NCBI GenBank assembly: GCA_041657665.1
Contig: JBBABN010000001.1
Coordinates: 2,355 to 66,354 of the forward strand
Direction of reading: 5' to 3'
DNA from: Minisyncoccota bacterium
GTDB lineage: Bacteria; Patescibacteriota; Minisyncoccia; Phycocordibacterales; Phycocordibacteraceae
Length of the DNA: 64,000 nucleotides
Made by a program: the position numbers and the translations under genes. The notes beneath the pieces were generated by a model. It saw only the letters and a list, made by a program, of their open reading frames with translations. It did no database searches and was not told where the DNA came from. Positions 30,166 through 40,487 of this stretch are shown piece after piece. Position 1 is the first letter of the stretch. Every line of letters starts with the position of its first letter.

Positions 30166-30230
30166 TTGCACTCCTTCTGCGGCCTTTGTCGCGAATAAAA
30201 GAACATTGATAACTTTTTATCAGTAGTGCT

Positions 30231-30317
30231 ATGATAGCGCATTGGTATCGTTTGTCAAGTTTTTTATCATACCTTTTTATGATAAAAGCTTGACAGAAAT
30301 ATCACATAGAATATACT
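30231..30317. promoter_or_regulatory. Divergent sigma70 promoters with TGATAA inverted repeats
   Basis: Minus: TTGACA(30258-30253)-16-TATCAT; plus: TTGACA(30290-30295)-16-TATACT; TTTTATCAT-N8-ATGATAAAA between them. Confidence 0.7.
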
Positions 30318-30330
30318 CCTTTTATCACAT

Positions 30331-31104
30331 ATGAAACAAAATCATGATAAAAAGGGGAGTGAGCGACTTCTTAAAAATCTAGAGAAGATCGGTTTAACCG
30401 AGAAAGAAGCCAGAATATATGTCTATTTGGTGGGGAGAACCATAGAAGTTGGGAGCTCCAAGATTGTTGCTGCTACTGGTTTACACGGCCAGTATGTCTA
30501 TACCGCTCTTGGGTCCCTTGAAGGTAAGGGGTTGGTAAAGCATGTCATTAAAAATAACCGTAAAAAGTGGAGTGCTAACCCTCCTGCGCGCATAGAATCG
30601 CTTATTGACGAAAAAAGAATCGTGGCAAATGAAGCACGAGACATGCTTGAAAAGATGTTCAGCCACCAGTATGAGCAAGAGTTCGAAGTGTACCAAGGCG
30701 AAGACCAATTTGCCGCGAATGAACTTCAAATAATTGAAGAGGCGGGAAAAGATAGCTTCATAGATATAATTGGGGGCGGCGGAGACAAATTTAAAGAAAC
30801 TCTTGGGGAAAGTCATGAATTTTACGATAAAAAGAGTATCGAAAAAAATATTGCGGTCAGATATATAGGAACGGGCGAGCAGCAAGATTATTTTGAAAGA
30901 GTGAAAAAGTCACGCGTGAATTTCGATTTCAGAATTATGCCGGAGTTTAACAATAGTAGTGTAAACACACTAATTTATCCTGATCAGATACAGTTTCAAA
31001 TATATGGTGATCCTGTTTTGGTATTTAAAATAAGAAATGAACAGATTGCGCGCGATTATAGAACATTTTTTGATTCCCTTTGGAATCTTTGTGGAGAACA
31101 GTAA
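30331..31104 (+). CDS. TrmB-family transcriptional regulator
   Basis: IGLTEKEARIYVYL...VYTALGSLEGKGLV wHTH; PLD-like C-terminal domain ending FFDSLW. Confidence 0.85.
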   Translation: MKQNHDKKGSERLLKNLEKIGLTEKEARIYVYLVGRTIEVGSSKIVAATGLHGQYVYTALGSLEGKGLVKHVIKNNRKKWSANPPARIESLIDEKRIVANEARDMLEKMFSHQYEQEFEVYQGEDQFAANELQIIEEAGKDSFIDIIGGGGDKFKETLGESHEFYDKKSIEKNIAVRYIGTGEQQDYFERVKKSRVNFDFRIMPEFNNSSVNTLIYPDQIQFQIYGDPVLVFKIRNEQIARDYRTFFDSLWNLCGEQ

Positions 31105-31154
31105 GTGTGAAAAGCGTGCATCACCAAGGGCTCTTCACGCTATACTATTTTTAT

Positions 31155-32903
31155 ATGCATGTGTCTGATGGGGAATTAAAAGAATTTATTATCGATTCGG
31201 GACTCGTCGCAAAAAAAGAAATCGACGAGGCGCTCGAAGAAGCAAAGACGAAAGGGCAATCACTCGGCGATATACTCGTCTCGCGTGGCGCTCTTACTGA
31301 AGATGCTTTGCGACGTATTCATGCGTACGTTCTCGGCATTCCATTCGTTAATTTAAAAGAATTCCGCATTCCCGTTGATATTCTCTCAATTATTCCCGAA
31401 CCAATCGCGCGTACCCATAACATCATTGCGTATAAAAAGAGTGTTGATTCTCTCGAGGTAGCCATGCTCGATGTCGAAGACCTCGCTTCCATTGATTCAG
31501 TACGGAAGAAGACAGGACTTAAGATATTATCGCGATTGACCGACACAGAGAGCATTAAGTACGCGCTTCTGCAGTATCAGAAATCGCTGAAAGACGAGTT
31601 CGGCGGGATTATTTCAACTGAAGCAGAAAAAATTCGTGTTATTTCGGAAGATAATAAAGACCTCTCGGGCGATGATTTGAAAAAAATGGCGGAGGATTTG
31701 CCGATTGTGCGCATCGTCGACACACTTCTCCGACACGCCATTGTACAAGACGCTTCTGATATTCATATCGAACCAATGGAGGCGGAAGTGCTCGTCCGTT
31801 ATCGCATTGACGGTATTCTCCACGACGCAATGACGCTACCGAAGACCGCTGCAGCAAGTATTGTTGCGCGTATTAAGGTACTCTCAAATCTAAAATTGGA
31901 TGAGAAACGCTTGCCACAAGACGGCCGGTTCAAGATGGAGACAGAAGCTGATCGTGTCTCTTTTCGTGTATCTATTCTCCCGACCTTCTTCGGAGAAAAA
32001 ACCGTGATGCGCCTTCTACGCGAGACAGGGGAGGGCTTCACACTCGAAGTCTTAGGTCTCCATGGTGAGAATATGGAGCGCATCCATAGCGCACTGAAGC
32101 AGACGACCGGCATTATTCTTATTTCCGGCCCAACAGGCTCTGGTAAGACGACAACGCTCTACACAATGCTCGATATTTTGAATCAACCAGATGTAAATAT
32201 CTCGACGGTCGAAGACCCAATCGAATATCAAATGAAGCGTATTAACCAGACGCAGGTGAATCCACAAATTGGCTTTACCTTCGCGAACGGACTGCGCTCT
32301 CTGGTTCGACAAGATCCTGACATTATTATGGTCGGAGAGATTCGTGATGGCGAGACAGCCTCACTCGCTATTAATGCTGCACTCACTGGCCACCTTGTCC
32401 TTTCGACAATTCACACCAACAGCGCCGCAGGCGCTATCCCACGTCTTATTGATATGGGTGTCGAACCATTCCTTCTTGTATCGACCGTTCGTGTCATAGT
32501 TGGTCAGCGACTCGTAAGAAAACTTTGTGATAATAAAGAAGAATATACGGTCGATGCTGCTATGCGCGCCAAAATTGCGAGTGAAGAGGATTTTGCTGCT
32601 GCATTTAAAGCACTGAAGGATGAAAAACTATTGAAAGAAACCGCTACTATCGATGACATTCATTTCTATCGACCAGTACCGGGAGCGGGAAGTGAAGATG
32701 GTTATAAGAGTCGTATCGGTATCCACGAAGTTCTCGAGGTAACTCCTACGATTCGAGATTTAATGCTCCACTCCGGCACGAGCGACGCACTCGAAGCACA
32801 AGCGAAGAAGGAAGGAATGCTTACGATGCTCCAAGATGGAATCTATAAAGCCGCGCGTGGCATTACAAGTATTGAAGAAGTGCTTCGTACTATAAACGAA
32901 TAA
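31155..32903 (+). CDS. pilB: Type IV pilus/T2SS assembly ATPase PilB/GspE
   Basis: [39 protein letters not shown]. Confidence 0.92.
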   Translation: MHVSDGELKEFIIDSGLVAKKEIDEALEEAKTKGQSLGDILVSRGALTEDALRRIHAYVLGIPFVNLKEFRIPVDILSIIPEPIARTHNIIAYKKSVDSLEVAMLDVEDLASIDSVRKKTGLKILSRLTDTESIKYALLQYQKSLKDEFGGIISTEAEKIRVISEDNKDLSGDDLKKMAEDLPIVRIVDTLLRHAIVQDASDIHIEPMEAEVLVRYRIDGILHDAMTLPKTAAASIVARIKVLSNLKLDEKRLPQDGRFKMETEADRVSFRVSILPTFFGEKTVMRLLRETGEGFTLEVLGLHGENMERIHSALKQTTGIILISGPTGSGKTTTLYTMLDILNQPDVNISTVEDPIEYQMKRINQTQVNPQIGFTFANGLRSLVRQDPDIIMVGEIRDGETASLAINAALTGHLVLSTIHTNSAAGAIPRLIDMGVEPFLLVSTVRVIVGQRLVRKLCDNKEEYTVDAAMRAKIASEEDFAAAFKALKDEKLLKETATIDDIHFYRPVPGAGSEDGYKSRIGIHEVLEVTPTIRDLMLHSGTSDALEAQAKKEGMLTMLQDGIYKAARGITSIEEVLRTINE

Positions 32904-32904
32904 T

Positions 32905-34119
32905 ATGAAGTACAACGTCACCATACGAAAAGAAGGCATACCAGACCAGACACGCACTATTGACGCCGCTTCACACTTCGCAGTGTACGACCAAATACAG
33001 AAAGAGGGAGGTGTTGTGGTTAACCTTACAGACAAAACAGATGGTTTCTCTTTACCTTCATGGTTTTTTATTACTGTCGGCACCGGAATAAAGCACAGGG
33101 AGATCATTCGCATAACGAAAAATATATCCGCAATGCTTTCAGCAGGTCTCTCGCTTGCTCGTGCACTCCTGGTTATTGAACGACAATCAGGAAACAAGCG
33201 TTTGAAGAAAATTATAATGGGACTTTCCGATTCTATTAAGAAGGGACTGTCCTTCCATGAATCATTACAGAAGTATCCGAAGATATTCCCAGAAATATTT
33301 GTTGCTATGGCGCGAGCAGGAGAAGAGTCAGGCTCATTGGCTGATTCTCTCACTGTCGTTGGTCTTCAAATGGAACATTCTGAAGAATTAGTACGGAAGA
33401 TTAAAGGCGCAATGATTTATCCTGCCATTATTCTCTTTGTAGTCGCAGTTATCGGATTTCTTATGCTCATCTATGTCGTACCAACACTGACAAGTACCTT
33501 TAACGATCTTGGAGTACAGGTACCACTTGCCACTCGTGTCATCGTTGGTGTCTCAAATTTCATGATAGCGCATACGATATCTCTTCTCGTCGCACTTGTT
33601 GTATTTATATTAGGCAGTATTGTCTTTGCACGTTCTAAAATAGGAGGTTCTCTAATACTCAAAGTTTCCCTTTATATACCAATTATAGGAGAACTAGTAC
33701 GTGAGACCTATACCGCACGCGCTTCTCGTACACTTTCATCACTACTCTCTGCTGGTGTTCCGATACTTGATGCCCTCTCGATAACCAAAGAAGTCGTACA
33801 TGTGCGCGCATATGCTGATGTGATAGAAGAAGCCGAAATGCGTGTAAAGAAAGGGGAACTTCTTTCTGCATCGTTCACTCTTCATACACAACTATATCCA
33901 ATTCTAATGAGTGAGATGCTCTTGGTAGGAGAGGAGACCGGAAAGGTTGCTCAGATGTTAAAACAAATCGCTGAGTTTTATGAGGGGGATGTCTCCGAAA
34001 AAACAAAAAATCTTTCGACTGTTATCGAACCAGTTCTTATGCTTTTTATTGGTGTATTCGTCGGCATTTTTGCGATTGCAATGATTGCACCTATTTATCA
34101 GCTTTCCTCGGCATTCTAA
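32905..34119 (+). CDS. pilC: Type IV pilus platform protein PilC/GspF
   Basis: AGEESGSL, KGAMIYP, VGEETG, IEP. Confidence 0.92.
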   Translation: MKYNVTIRKEGIPDQTRTIDAASHFAVYDQIQKEGGVVVNLTDKTDGFSLPSWFFITVGTGIKHREIIRITKNISAMLSAGLSLARALLVIERQSGNKRLKKIIMGLSDSIKKGLSFHESLQKYPKIFPEIFVAMARAGEESGSLADSLTVVGLQMEHSEELVRKIKGAMIYPAIILFVVAVIGFLMLIYVVPTLTSTFNDLGVQVPLATRVIVGVSNFMIAHTISLLVALVVFILGSIVFARSKIGGSLILKVSLYIPIIGELVRETYTARASRTLSSLLSAGVPILDALSITKEVVHVRAYADVIEEAEMRVKKGELLSASFTLHTQLYPILMSEMLLVGEETGKVAQMLKQIAEFYEGDVSEKTKNLSTVIEPVLMLFIGVFVGIFAIAMIAPIYQLSSAF

Positions 34120-34120
34120 T

Positions 34121-34507
34121 ATGAAATCTCCTAATGGATTCTCGCTCATCGAAATTATTATCTCGATATTTATTATTGGTTCTATGCTTATTCTGCTCCA
34201 GGCGATTATACATAGTGATATACTCGTAAAAAACTCAAAAAATCAAGGCGTTGCGCTTGCTATCGCCCGTAACGAACTTGAGAGCTTGCGGGCAGGTGGT
34301 TATACCATTCTTCCCCAAAGCGGTTCATTCTCTAACGACCTCTTGAACACACTCCCGGTGGGGGCAACTGCAACATTCACCATAAGCACCTATAACGAAA
34401 AGACAAAACAAGTTTCGGTAAACGTGATATGGATGGAACCAGGTTATACAGCGTCAAGTACTGTCTCACTCTCAACACTTATTACTGATTCTGGCGGGCT
34501 TCCATGA
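34121..34507 (+). CDS. Minor pilin (PilV-like)
   Basis: Class III signal G|FSLIE. Confidence 0.85.
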   Translation: MKSPNGFSLIEIIISIFIIGSMLILLQAIIHSDILVKNSKNQGVALAIARNELESLRAGGYTILPQSGSFSNDLLNTLPVGATATFTISTYNEKTKQVSVNVIWMEPGYTASSTVSLSTLITDSGGLP

Positions 34508-35076
34508 TATCCAAACAAAAAAAGAGTCATCGTACTGGATTTACACTTATTGAAACAGTAATTGTTGTTGCTCTGAGCGTAAGTATGCTGATCTCAATTA
34601 TTCTTTTAATCTCTAGCTTCACTACATCTGTGTCCTATCAGGAGACATTTGCACAATCATCCGGATCAGCAAGTGCAGTTATGCGCGAGATAGAGTCGTT
34701 TGCATTTCCTGCAAAAGCAGTACTTACCACTCACACATTCTCGAGCGCAACTTACACCTCTTCGTCAACAGTGCTTGTCCTTGAAATTCCTTCTATCGAT
34801 GATTCTGGGAATGTCATAGCAAACACCTATGACTACACAGCATTTTATGTTGTTGGTACGAATGCATACCGCCTTCTTGAAGCAAGCGCCTTAAGTAAAC
34901 GATTTTCAGGAACAAAACAGTTGAGCACCACCGTGAGTGCGCTGACATTCACTTACGACAATGTCGATCTCACAAAAGCCAGTATCGTTACTATCGACTT
35001 ACAAACACAAGCATACGTAAAACAAAACATCCTTTCTGACCATCGAAATGAGCAAATAAAATTGCGTAATTATTAA
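34504..35076 (+). CDS. Minor pilin (PilW-like)
   Basis: G|FTLIE. Confidence 0.85.
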   Translation: MISKQKKSHRTGFTLIETVIVVALSVSMLISIILLISSFTTSVSYQETFAQSSGSASAVMREIESFAFPAKAVLTTHTFSSATYTSSSTVLVLEIPSIDDSGNVIANTYDYTAFYVVGTNAYRLLEASALSKRFSGTKQLSTTVSALTFTYDNVDLTKASIVTIDLQTQAYVKQNILSDHRNEQIKLRNY

Positions 35077-35086
35077 TTCTTTCTGT

Positions 35087-36418
35087 ATGAACTATACATC
35101 TCACACTTCTGTGCTTCACCGAGGATATGTACTCGTTCTCGCTCTGGTATTCCTTGGTATTTTCTTCACGGTTTCAGGCGCATATCTAAGTTCAGTAACG
35201 AGCTCAGCAAGAATTGCTCGCTATGATATAGCGAGTGCACAAGCACTCGCACTCGCTGAAGCTGGTATCGACAAAGCCGTTTATCAACTGAACCAAAACC
35301 CTTCCTATACTGGGGAAACAAATACTACACTGGCACCAGGAATGTTTACCGTGACCGTTTCAGCAATCGACGGAACAACAAAACAAATCATCTCCACTGG
35401 TTTTATACCGAACAGCACCAACCCAGTAGCAACAAAAACTATTAAGGCAAATATTGGCATTAATAATTCCATCATTTCATTTCATTACGGAATTCAATCG
35501 GGAAATGGGGGATTCGAGATGGAAAATAATTCAACCGTAACTGGCAATGTATTCTCAGGAGGATCTGTTATTGGCGGTAGTGAAAATGATATTCTTGGCG
35601 ACGTTGTTTCTTCAGGAGATGATGGGCTAGTATATGGCATCCACGCAACAGGTTCGGTCTACTCTCACACCATCGGAAATTCGTCGAAAAGTACTACTAT
35701 TGACAAAGACGCGTACTATCATTCCTCTAAGACAAATACGACTGTGGGAGGAACTTCGCATCCAAATAGTGTCGACCAGTCAACAGCACCTCTTCCTATT
35801 TCAGATGATCAGATAAGCCGATGGGAAACCATAGCAGCCGCAGGAGGAACTGCAACGTGTCATGATGGTTCGTACAATATTTCTTCCGGGAACGTGACCC
35901 TCGGACCAATAAAGATTCCTTGTGATTTGAACATTACGAATGGCCCAACCGTAACAATAAACGGCCATATTTGGGTCACGGGCAATATCAATGTCCAAAA
36001 CACTGCAACGATAAAAATGGCAGCATCTCTTGGAGCTCAAAATATCGCTCTTATCGCTGATGATCCGACCGACCTGATGAATGGCAGTAGAATAAGTGTC
36101 GGTAATCAAACAGCATTCCAAAACTCCGGTACACCCGGCTCATTCATCTTCCTCATTTCCCAAAACAAAAGCGCTGAAAATGGTGGGGAAGTTGCAGCAT
36201 TTGACTTAAGTAACAGCGCATCTGCTCTCGTTGCCTATGCGGCACACGGACTTATCCCGCTCGCCAACAGCGTTTCATTAAAAGAAGTCACTGCATATAA
36301 AATAACATTGAAGAATTCAGCGAATGTTACGTATGACACTGGCCTTCCGAGTGTCGCATTCGAGTCAGGACCAGGAGGGAGTTGGAATTTCATTCCGGGA
36401 ACTTACACTATTCAGTGA
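35087..36418 (+). CDS. PilX-like minor pilin with beta-rich C-terminus
   Basis: RG|YVLVLAL, ALALAEAGID. Confidence 0.8.
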   Translation: MNYTSHTSVLHRGYVLVLALVFLGIFFTVSGAYLSSVTSSARIARYDIASAQALALAEAGIDKAVYQLNQNPSYTGETNTTLAPGMFTVTVSAIDGTTKQIISTGFIPNSTNPVATKTIKANIGINNSIISFHYGIQSGNGGFEMENNSTVTGNVFSGGSVIGGSENDILGDVVSSGDDGLVYGIHATGSVYSHTIGNSSKSTTIDKDAYYHSSKTNTTVGGTSHPNSVDQSTAPLPISDDQISRWETIAAAGGTATCHDGSYNISSGNVTLGPIKIPCDLNITNGPTVTINGHIWVTGNINVQNTATIKMAASLGAQNIALIADDPTDLMNGSRISVGNQTAFQNSGTPGSFIFLISQNKSAENGGEVAAFDLSNSASALVAYAAHGLIPLANSVSLKEVTAYKITLKNSANVTYDTGLPSVAFESGPGGSWNFIPGTYTIQ

Positions 36419-36454
36419 TACACGCAGACATCTTCGACCTGCTATCATTGTTTT

Positions 36455-37198
36455 ATGATCATAATCGCAAATTGGAAAGCTTATATTGAAGATTTGGGGA
36501 AAGCAAAAAAGCTCTTTACCACCAGCAAGCGACTTGCAAAAAAAATTGGTTGTGACCTTGTACTCGCGCCACCAGCGCCATTACTCGGTGCACTCTCATA
36601 TAAGAATAAATCTGTAGTCGCTTTTGCCGCACAAGATGTGTCAGCCACGACTGGTGGCGCAGAAACAGGAGAGATAACAGCACAAACCTTTGCATCTGTT
36701 GGTGCTACTTATGCAATTGTCGGACATTCTGAGCGACGCGCGGCGGGCGACACCAATACGATAGTGTCTCAGAAACTTGCTCATACGCTGGCACAAGATC
36801 TTATTCCTATTCTTTGTATCGGCGAGAATGAGCGCGATATTGAGGGCCACTATCTTTCAGTCATACGCGAAGAATTAACCCATGCGACCGAATTCCTCGC
36901 GCCAAAAGAACGGGCAAAAATTATCGTCGCGTACGAACCCCTCTGGGCAATAGGGAAGACCGCTGATGCGGCAATCGAGCCGAATGACCTTGCTGAAATG
37001 GTGCTCTATATTCGTAAAGTGCTCGCGGAACTTCTTCCAGGGAAAAGTTCTGCCCATTCTCTAGTACTGTATGGCGGTTCGGTTGAATCAGGAAATATCC
37101 GCGGACTCGCCGCTTCATCGGGTGTCGATGGCTTTCTTGTCGGACACGAATCAGTTGATCCATACACCTTCACTCAGTTGGTAAAGCAGCTCGCCTAA
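36455..37198 (+). CDS. tpiA: Triosephosphate isomerase
   Basis: ANWK, GHSERR, AYEPLWAIG, LYGGSV. Confidence 0.95.
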   Translation: MIIIANWKAYIEDLGKAKKLFTTSKRLAKKIGCDLVLAPPAPLLGALSYKNKSVVAFAAQDVSATTGGAETGEITAQTFASVGATYAIVGHSERRAAGDTNTIVSQKLAHTLAQDLIPILCIGENERDIEGHYLSVIREELTHATEFLAPKERAKIIVAYEPLWAIGKTADAAIEPNDLAEMVLYIRKVLAELLPGKSSAHSLVLYGGSVESGNIRGLAASSGVDGFLVGHESVDPYTFTQLVKQLA

Positions 37199-37199
37199 T

Positions 37200-38282
37200 A
37201 TGCGAAGTGTTCGCGATATACAGATTTTTGAAAACGTTCCAATAGTAGTGCGCGCGGCTTTGAATGTACCTATCAAGAATGGCGAGGTGGCAAATGATTA
37301 TCGTCTCCGGCGCGCATTACCGACAATAAAATTCCTTTCTGAACGGGGTGCGAAAGTTATTCTCATCAGCCACATCGGGGAGAAGGGGACTGAGACACTC
37401 GCGCCAGTCGCACAAGCTCTTGGGAAACTCATCTCTGGCGTCTCGTTTTCTCCGGAAACCATCGGCACTGATGCGCGAGCTGCAATCCGCTCTCTCGCAC
37501 CGGGACAAATTATCGTTCTTGAAAATCTTCGTCGTCATGCGGGTGAAAGGGAGAATAGTCGTGCGTTCGCACGAGAGCTCGCCGCGCTCGGTGACATCTT
37601 TGTCGAAGATAGTTTTGATACCTGCCACCGCATGCACGCTTCTACTGTGGGAGTTCCCGAAATTCTCCCGAGTTATGCCGGATTACTTCTCGAAGACGAG
37701 ATGCGAGAATTGTCACAAGCACTTACACCCAAGTGTCCGTCGCTCGCCGTCATCGGCGGGATGAAGTTCTCGACGAAAGAAACGGTGCTGACACGACTAC
37801 TGACACTTTATGATCATGTTTTTGTTGGAGGTGCGCTCGCAAACACTTTTCTCAAGGTATCAGGCAAAAATGTAGGGAAGTCACTCGTTTCAGATTCTGA
37901 CGAAGCTACAATTAAAAAACTCATTGCCAACTCTAAACTTGTTTTACCCATTGATTCTGTTATCAAAGACGAGGCGATTCTCGACATTGGACCTGGCTCT
38001 ATAGCACTTCTCGCTGACCTAGCGAAGAAATCAAAGACTATTCTCTGGAATGGCCCCTTAGGGAATTATGAAAATGGATTCAGTGGTGCAACAAATGCAT
38101 TCGCCGAAGCAGTTACGAATTCATCTGCTTATTCTATTCTTGGCGGGGGAGACACGATCGCTGCTATAGAAGGTCTCGGACTCCTGCCGAAATTCTCATT
38201 CGTCTCTACGGGCGGGGGCGCGATGCTCGATTTCCTCGCTGCCGGAACTCTCCCAGGTATTGAAGCACTGAACAATTACTGA
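37200..38282 (+). CDS. pgk: Phosphoglycerate kinase
   Basis: LENLR, WNGPLG, GGGDT, STGGGA. Confidence 0.95.
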   Translation: MRSVRDIQIFENVPIVVRAALNVPIKNGEVANDYRLRRALPTIKFLSERGAKVILISHIGEKGTETLAPVAQALGKLISGVSFSPETIGTDARAAIRSLAPGQIIVLENLRRHAGERENSRAFARELAALGDIFVEDSFDTCHRMHASTVGVPEILPSYAGLLLEDEMRELSQALTPKCPSLAVIGGMKFSTKETVLTRLLTLYDHVFVGGALANTFLKVSGKNVGKSLVSDSDEATIKKLIANSKLVLPIDSVIKDEAILDIGPGSIALLADLAKKSKTILWNGPLGNYENGFSGATNAFAEAVTNSSAYSILGGGDTIAAIEGLGLLPKFSFVSTGGGAMLDFLAAGTLPGIEALNNY

Positions 38283-38686
38283 ATCGCTCGACGAATCTTC
38301 TCGGCGATTTCAGCAGCGGCACCGGATGGATAATCCTTTTGTGGCCAGAAGGAGAATTCGCCGCGGGAAATGCGCGGAATGATGTGGATATGGAGATGTG
38401 GAACAATCTGCCCGGCGGCTTCTCCGTGATTTGAATTAATGTGCACACCGTGCGCTCCGACGGCGTCGCGTACCGCAGGCGCAATCTTCCGCACCGTGCG
38501 CATCACTGCATCAAGGGTCTCCTCTTCTACATCGAAGATGTTCTCTGCCAATTTCTTCGGCACCACCAGCGTGTGGCCGGGTGTAGTCGGTTTCACATCC
38601 AAGAAAGCGATCGTATCAGCGTCTTCATACACAATCTCAGCAGGAATCTCACGCCGAACGATTTTCATAAAAATAGTGTCCTCCAT
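38276..38686 (-). CDS. HIT family nucleotide hydrolase
   Basis: HLHIHII, AGQIVP. Confidence 0.93.
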   Translation of the reverse strand: MEDTIFMKIVRREIPAEIVYEDADTIAFLDVKPTTPGHTLVVPKKLAENIFDVEEETLDAVMRTVRKIAPAVRDAVGAHGVHINSNHGEAAGQIVPHLHIHIIPRISRGEFSFWPQKDYPSGAAAEIAEKIRRAIQ

Positions 38687-38731
38687 TGCATTTAATCTTA
38701 CAACTTATACCTTATACCTTACAACTGCTTT

Positions 38732-40480
38732 ATGTTTCCGCTCCACGAACCCCTCGACGATATTCTTCGCGAAGAACTTCTCTCGTATGACGACCTCACT
38801 GCCGCACTCCTCGCGCGCCGCGGCATACGGACAAAGGAAGACGCCGAGAAATTCCTAAATCCTTCGTATGACGAACATCTGCATGATCCGCTCCTGATGA
38901 CGGATATGCAGAAAGCCGCAGAGCGGCTCAGCACCTCAATTCTCTCTAACGAGAGAATTGCCATATGGAGCGACTACGACTGTGACGGTATTCCGGGAGC
39001 TGTTGTTCTGCACGATTTCTTAAAGAAAGTCGGCGCGAATTTCGAGAATTATATTCCGCACCGGCACGATGAGGGCTACGGGATGAATGTGAGCGGTATC
39101 GAAGGACTCGCAAAAAGCGGTGTGAAACTTATAGTCACCGTAGATTCTGGCATTACTGATCTCGAGCCAATCGCTCGCACGAAAGAATTAGGTATGGATG
39201 TCATCGTCACTGATCATCACCTGCCGCGCACCTCCGAAACCTCTGGCGAAGGGGGGCCTGATGCATTCGCCATCGTAAATCCGAATGCACGAAGTGATGA
39301 GAAGTATCCGTTCCACGACCTCTGTGGCGCGGGAGTCGCATGGAAGCTCGTGTGTGCCACTCTTGCGCTCTCGCCAAAATTACGCGAGAAAGTACCACTC
39401 GGTTGGGAGAAGTGGCTACTCGATATGGTGGGACTCGCGACGATCGCCGATATGGTCCCGCTCGTCGACGAGAATCGCATCCTCGCAAAATTCGGCCTAC
39501 TCGTACTTCGTAAGTCGCCGCGCATCGGCCTCCAGAAATTACTTCGCGGTATGCGCGTCGAACAACGTGCACTCACTGAAGATGATGTCGGATTTATGAT
39601 TGCGCCAAGAGTGAACGCAGCGAGCCGGATGGGCGATGCGCGCGAAGCATTCGATCTCTTCACGACTACTGACGAGAACGAGGCGGATGCACTCGCGAAG
39701 AAATTGGAAAGTGCAAACCGGCATAGAAAAGCAGAAGCCGGCGCGCTCACGCGCGCCGTGCATTCGCGATTAAAAGAGCGAAATGAAATGCGTTCTGTTA
39801 TCGCGCTCGGCAACCCGGAATGGCGACCCGCGCTCTTGGGTCTTGTCGCGGGCGGTATCGCCGACGAATATGAACGCCCCGTATTTCTCTGTGGAAGGGA
39901 AGGCAACGGAAGTATTAAGGGTTCGGTGCGAAGCGGTGGCGGCATTCATGCGCTCGAACTCATGCGCGCGGCAGAAAATACTTTTGTGGAATGTGGCGGA
40001 CACGCAGCAGCGGGAGGATTCACGGTCAGAGATGATGCGATATTTTTTCTTGAAGATAAATTAGTCGAAGCATACGCGCGCATCAGTGAAAAAAATGAAC
40101 TCACTGATTCGCTCGAGACACATGCTGATGCTGAAGTGCTACCCGAAGAATTGCACAAAGCATTTCTCACGAAGATAGAAAAGCTCGCACCCTTTGGTCA
40201 ACAAAATCAGAAGCCTGTTTTTTTATTACGAAACATTCTCATTCAAAATATTTCGCACTTCGGAAAAAGTGAAGAACATCTGAAATTAAAAATAAGTTCT
40301 GAAGAAAAACAAAATCAATCGATTGATGCTGTCACTTTTTTTGCAAAAGGACCGCTCGCGCGCTCGGCAAATAAATGTACACAAGGATGTCGCGCAGACA
40401 TTCTCGCACATCTCGAACGCGACACCTTCTCTCGCGGCAATCCCGTGCGCCTGCGACTTCTCGACATACGCTTGGTATAG
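38732..40480 (+). CDS. recJ: ssDNA exonuclease RecJ
   Basis: DYDCDG, TDHH, ATIADMVPL, GGHAAAGG, PFGQQN. Confidence 0.95.
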   Translation: MFPLHEPLDDILREELLSYDDLTAALLARRGIRTKEDAEKFLNPSYDEHLHDPLLMTDMQKAAERLSTSILSNERIAIWSDYDCDGIPGAVVLHDFLKKVGANFENYIPHRHDEGYGMNVSGIEGLAKSGVKLIVTVDSGITDLEPIARTKELGMDVIVTDHHLPRTSETSGEGGPDAFAIVNPNARSDEKYPFHDLCGAGVAWKLVCATLALSPKLREKVPLGWEKWLLDMVGLATIADMVPLVDENRILAKFGLLVLRKSPRIGLQKLLRGMRVEQRALTEDDVGFMIAPRVNAASRMGDAREAFDLFTTTDENEADALAKKLESANRHRKAEAGALTRAVHSRLKERNEMRSVIALGNPEWRPALLGLVAGGIADEYERPVFLCGREGNGSIKGSVRSGGGIHALELMRAAENTFVECGGHAAAGGFTVRDDAIFFLEDKLVEAYARISEKNELTDSLETHADAEVLPEELHKAFLTKIEKLAPFGQQNQKPVFLLRNILIQNISHFGKSEEHLKLKISSEEKQNQSIDAVTFFAKGPLARSANKCTQGCRADILAHLERDTFSRGNPVRLRLLDIRLV

Positions 40481-40487
40481 TAGAGAC

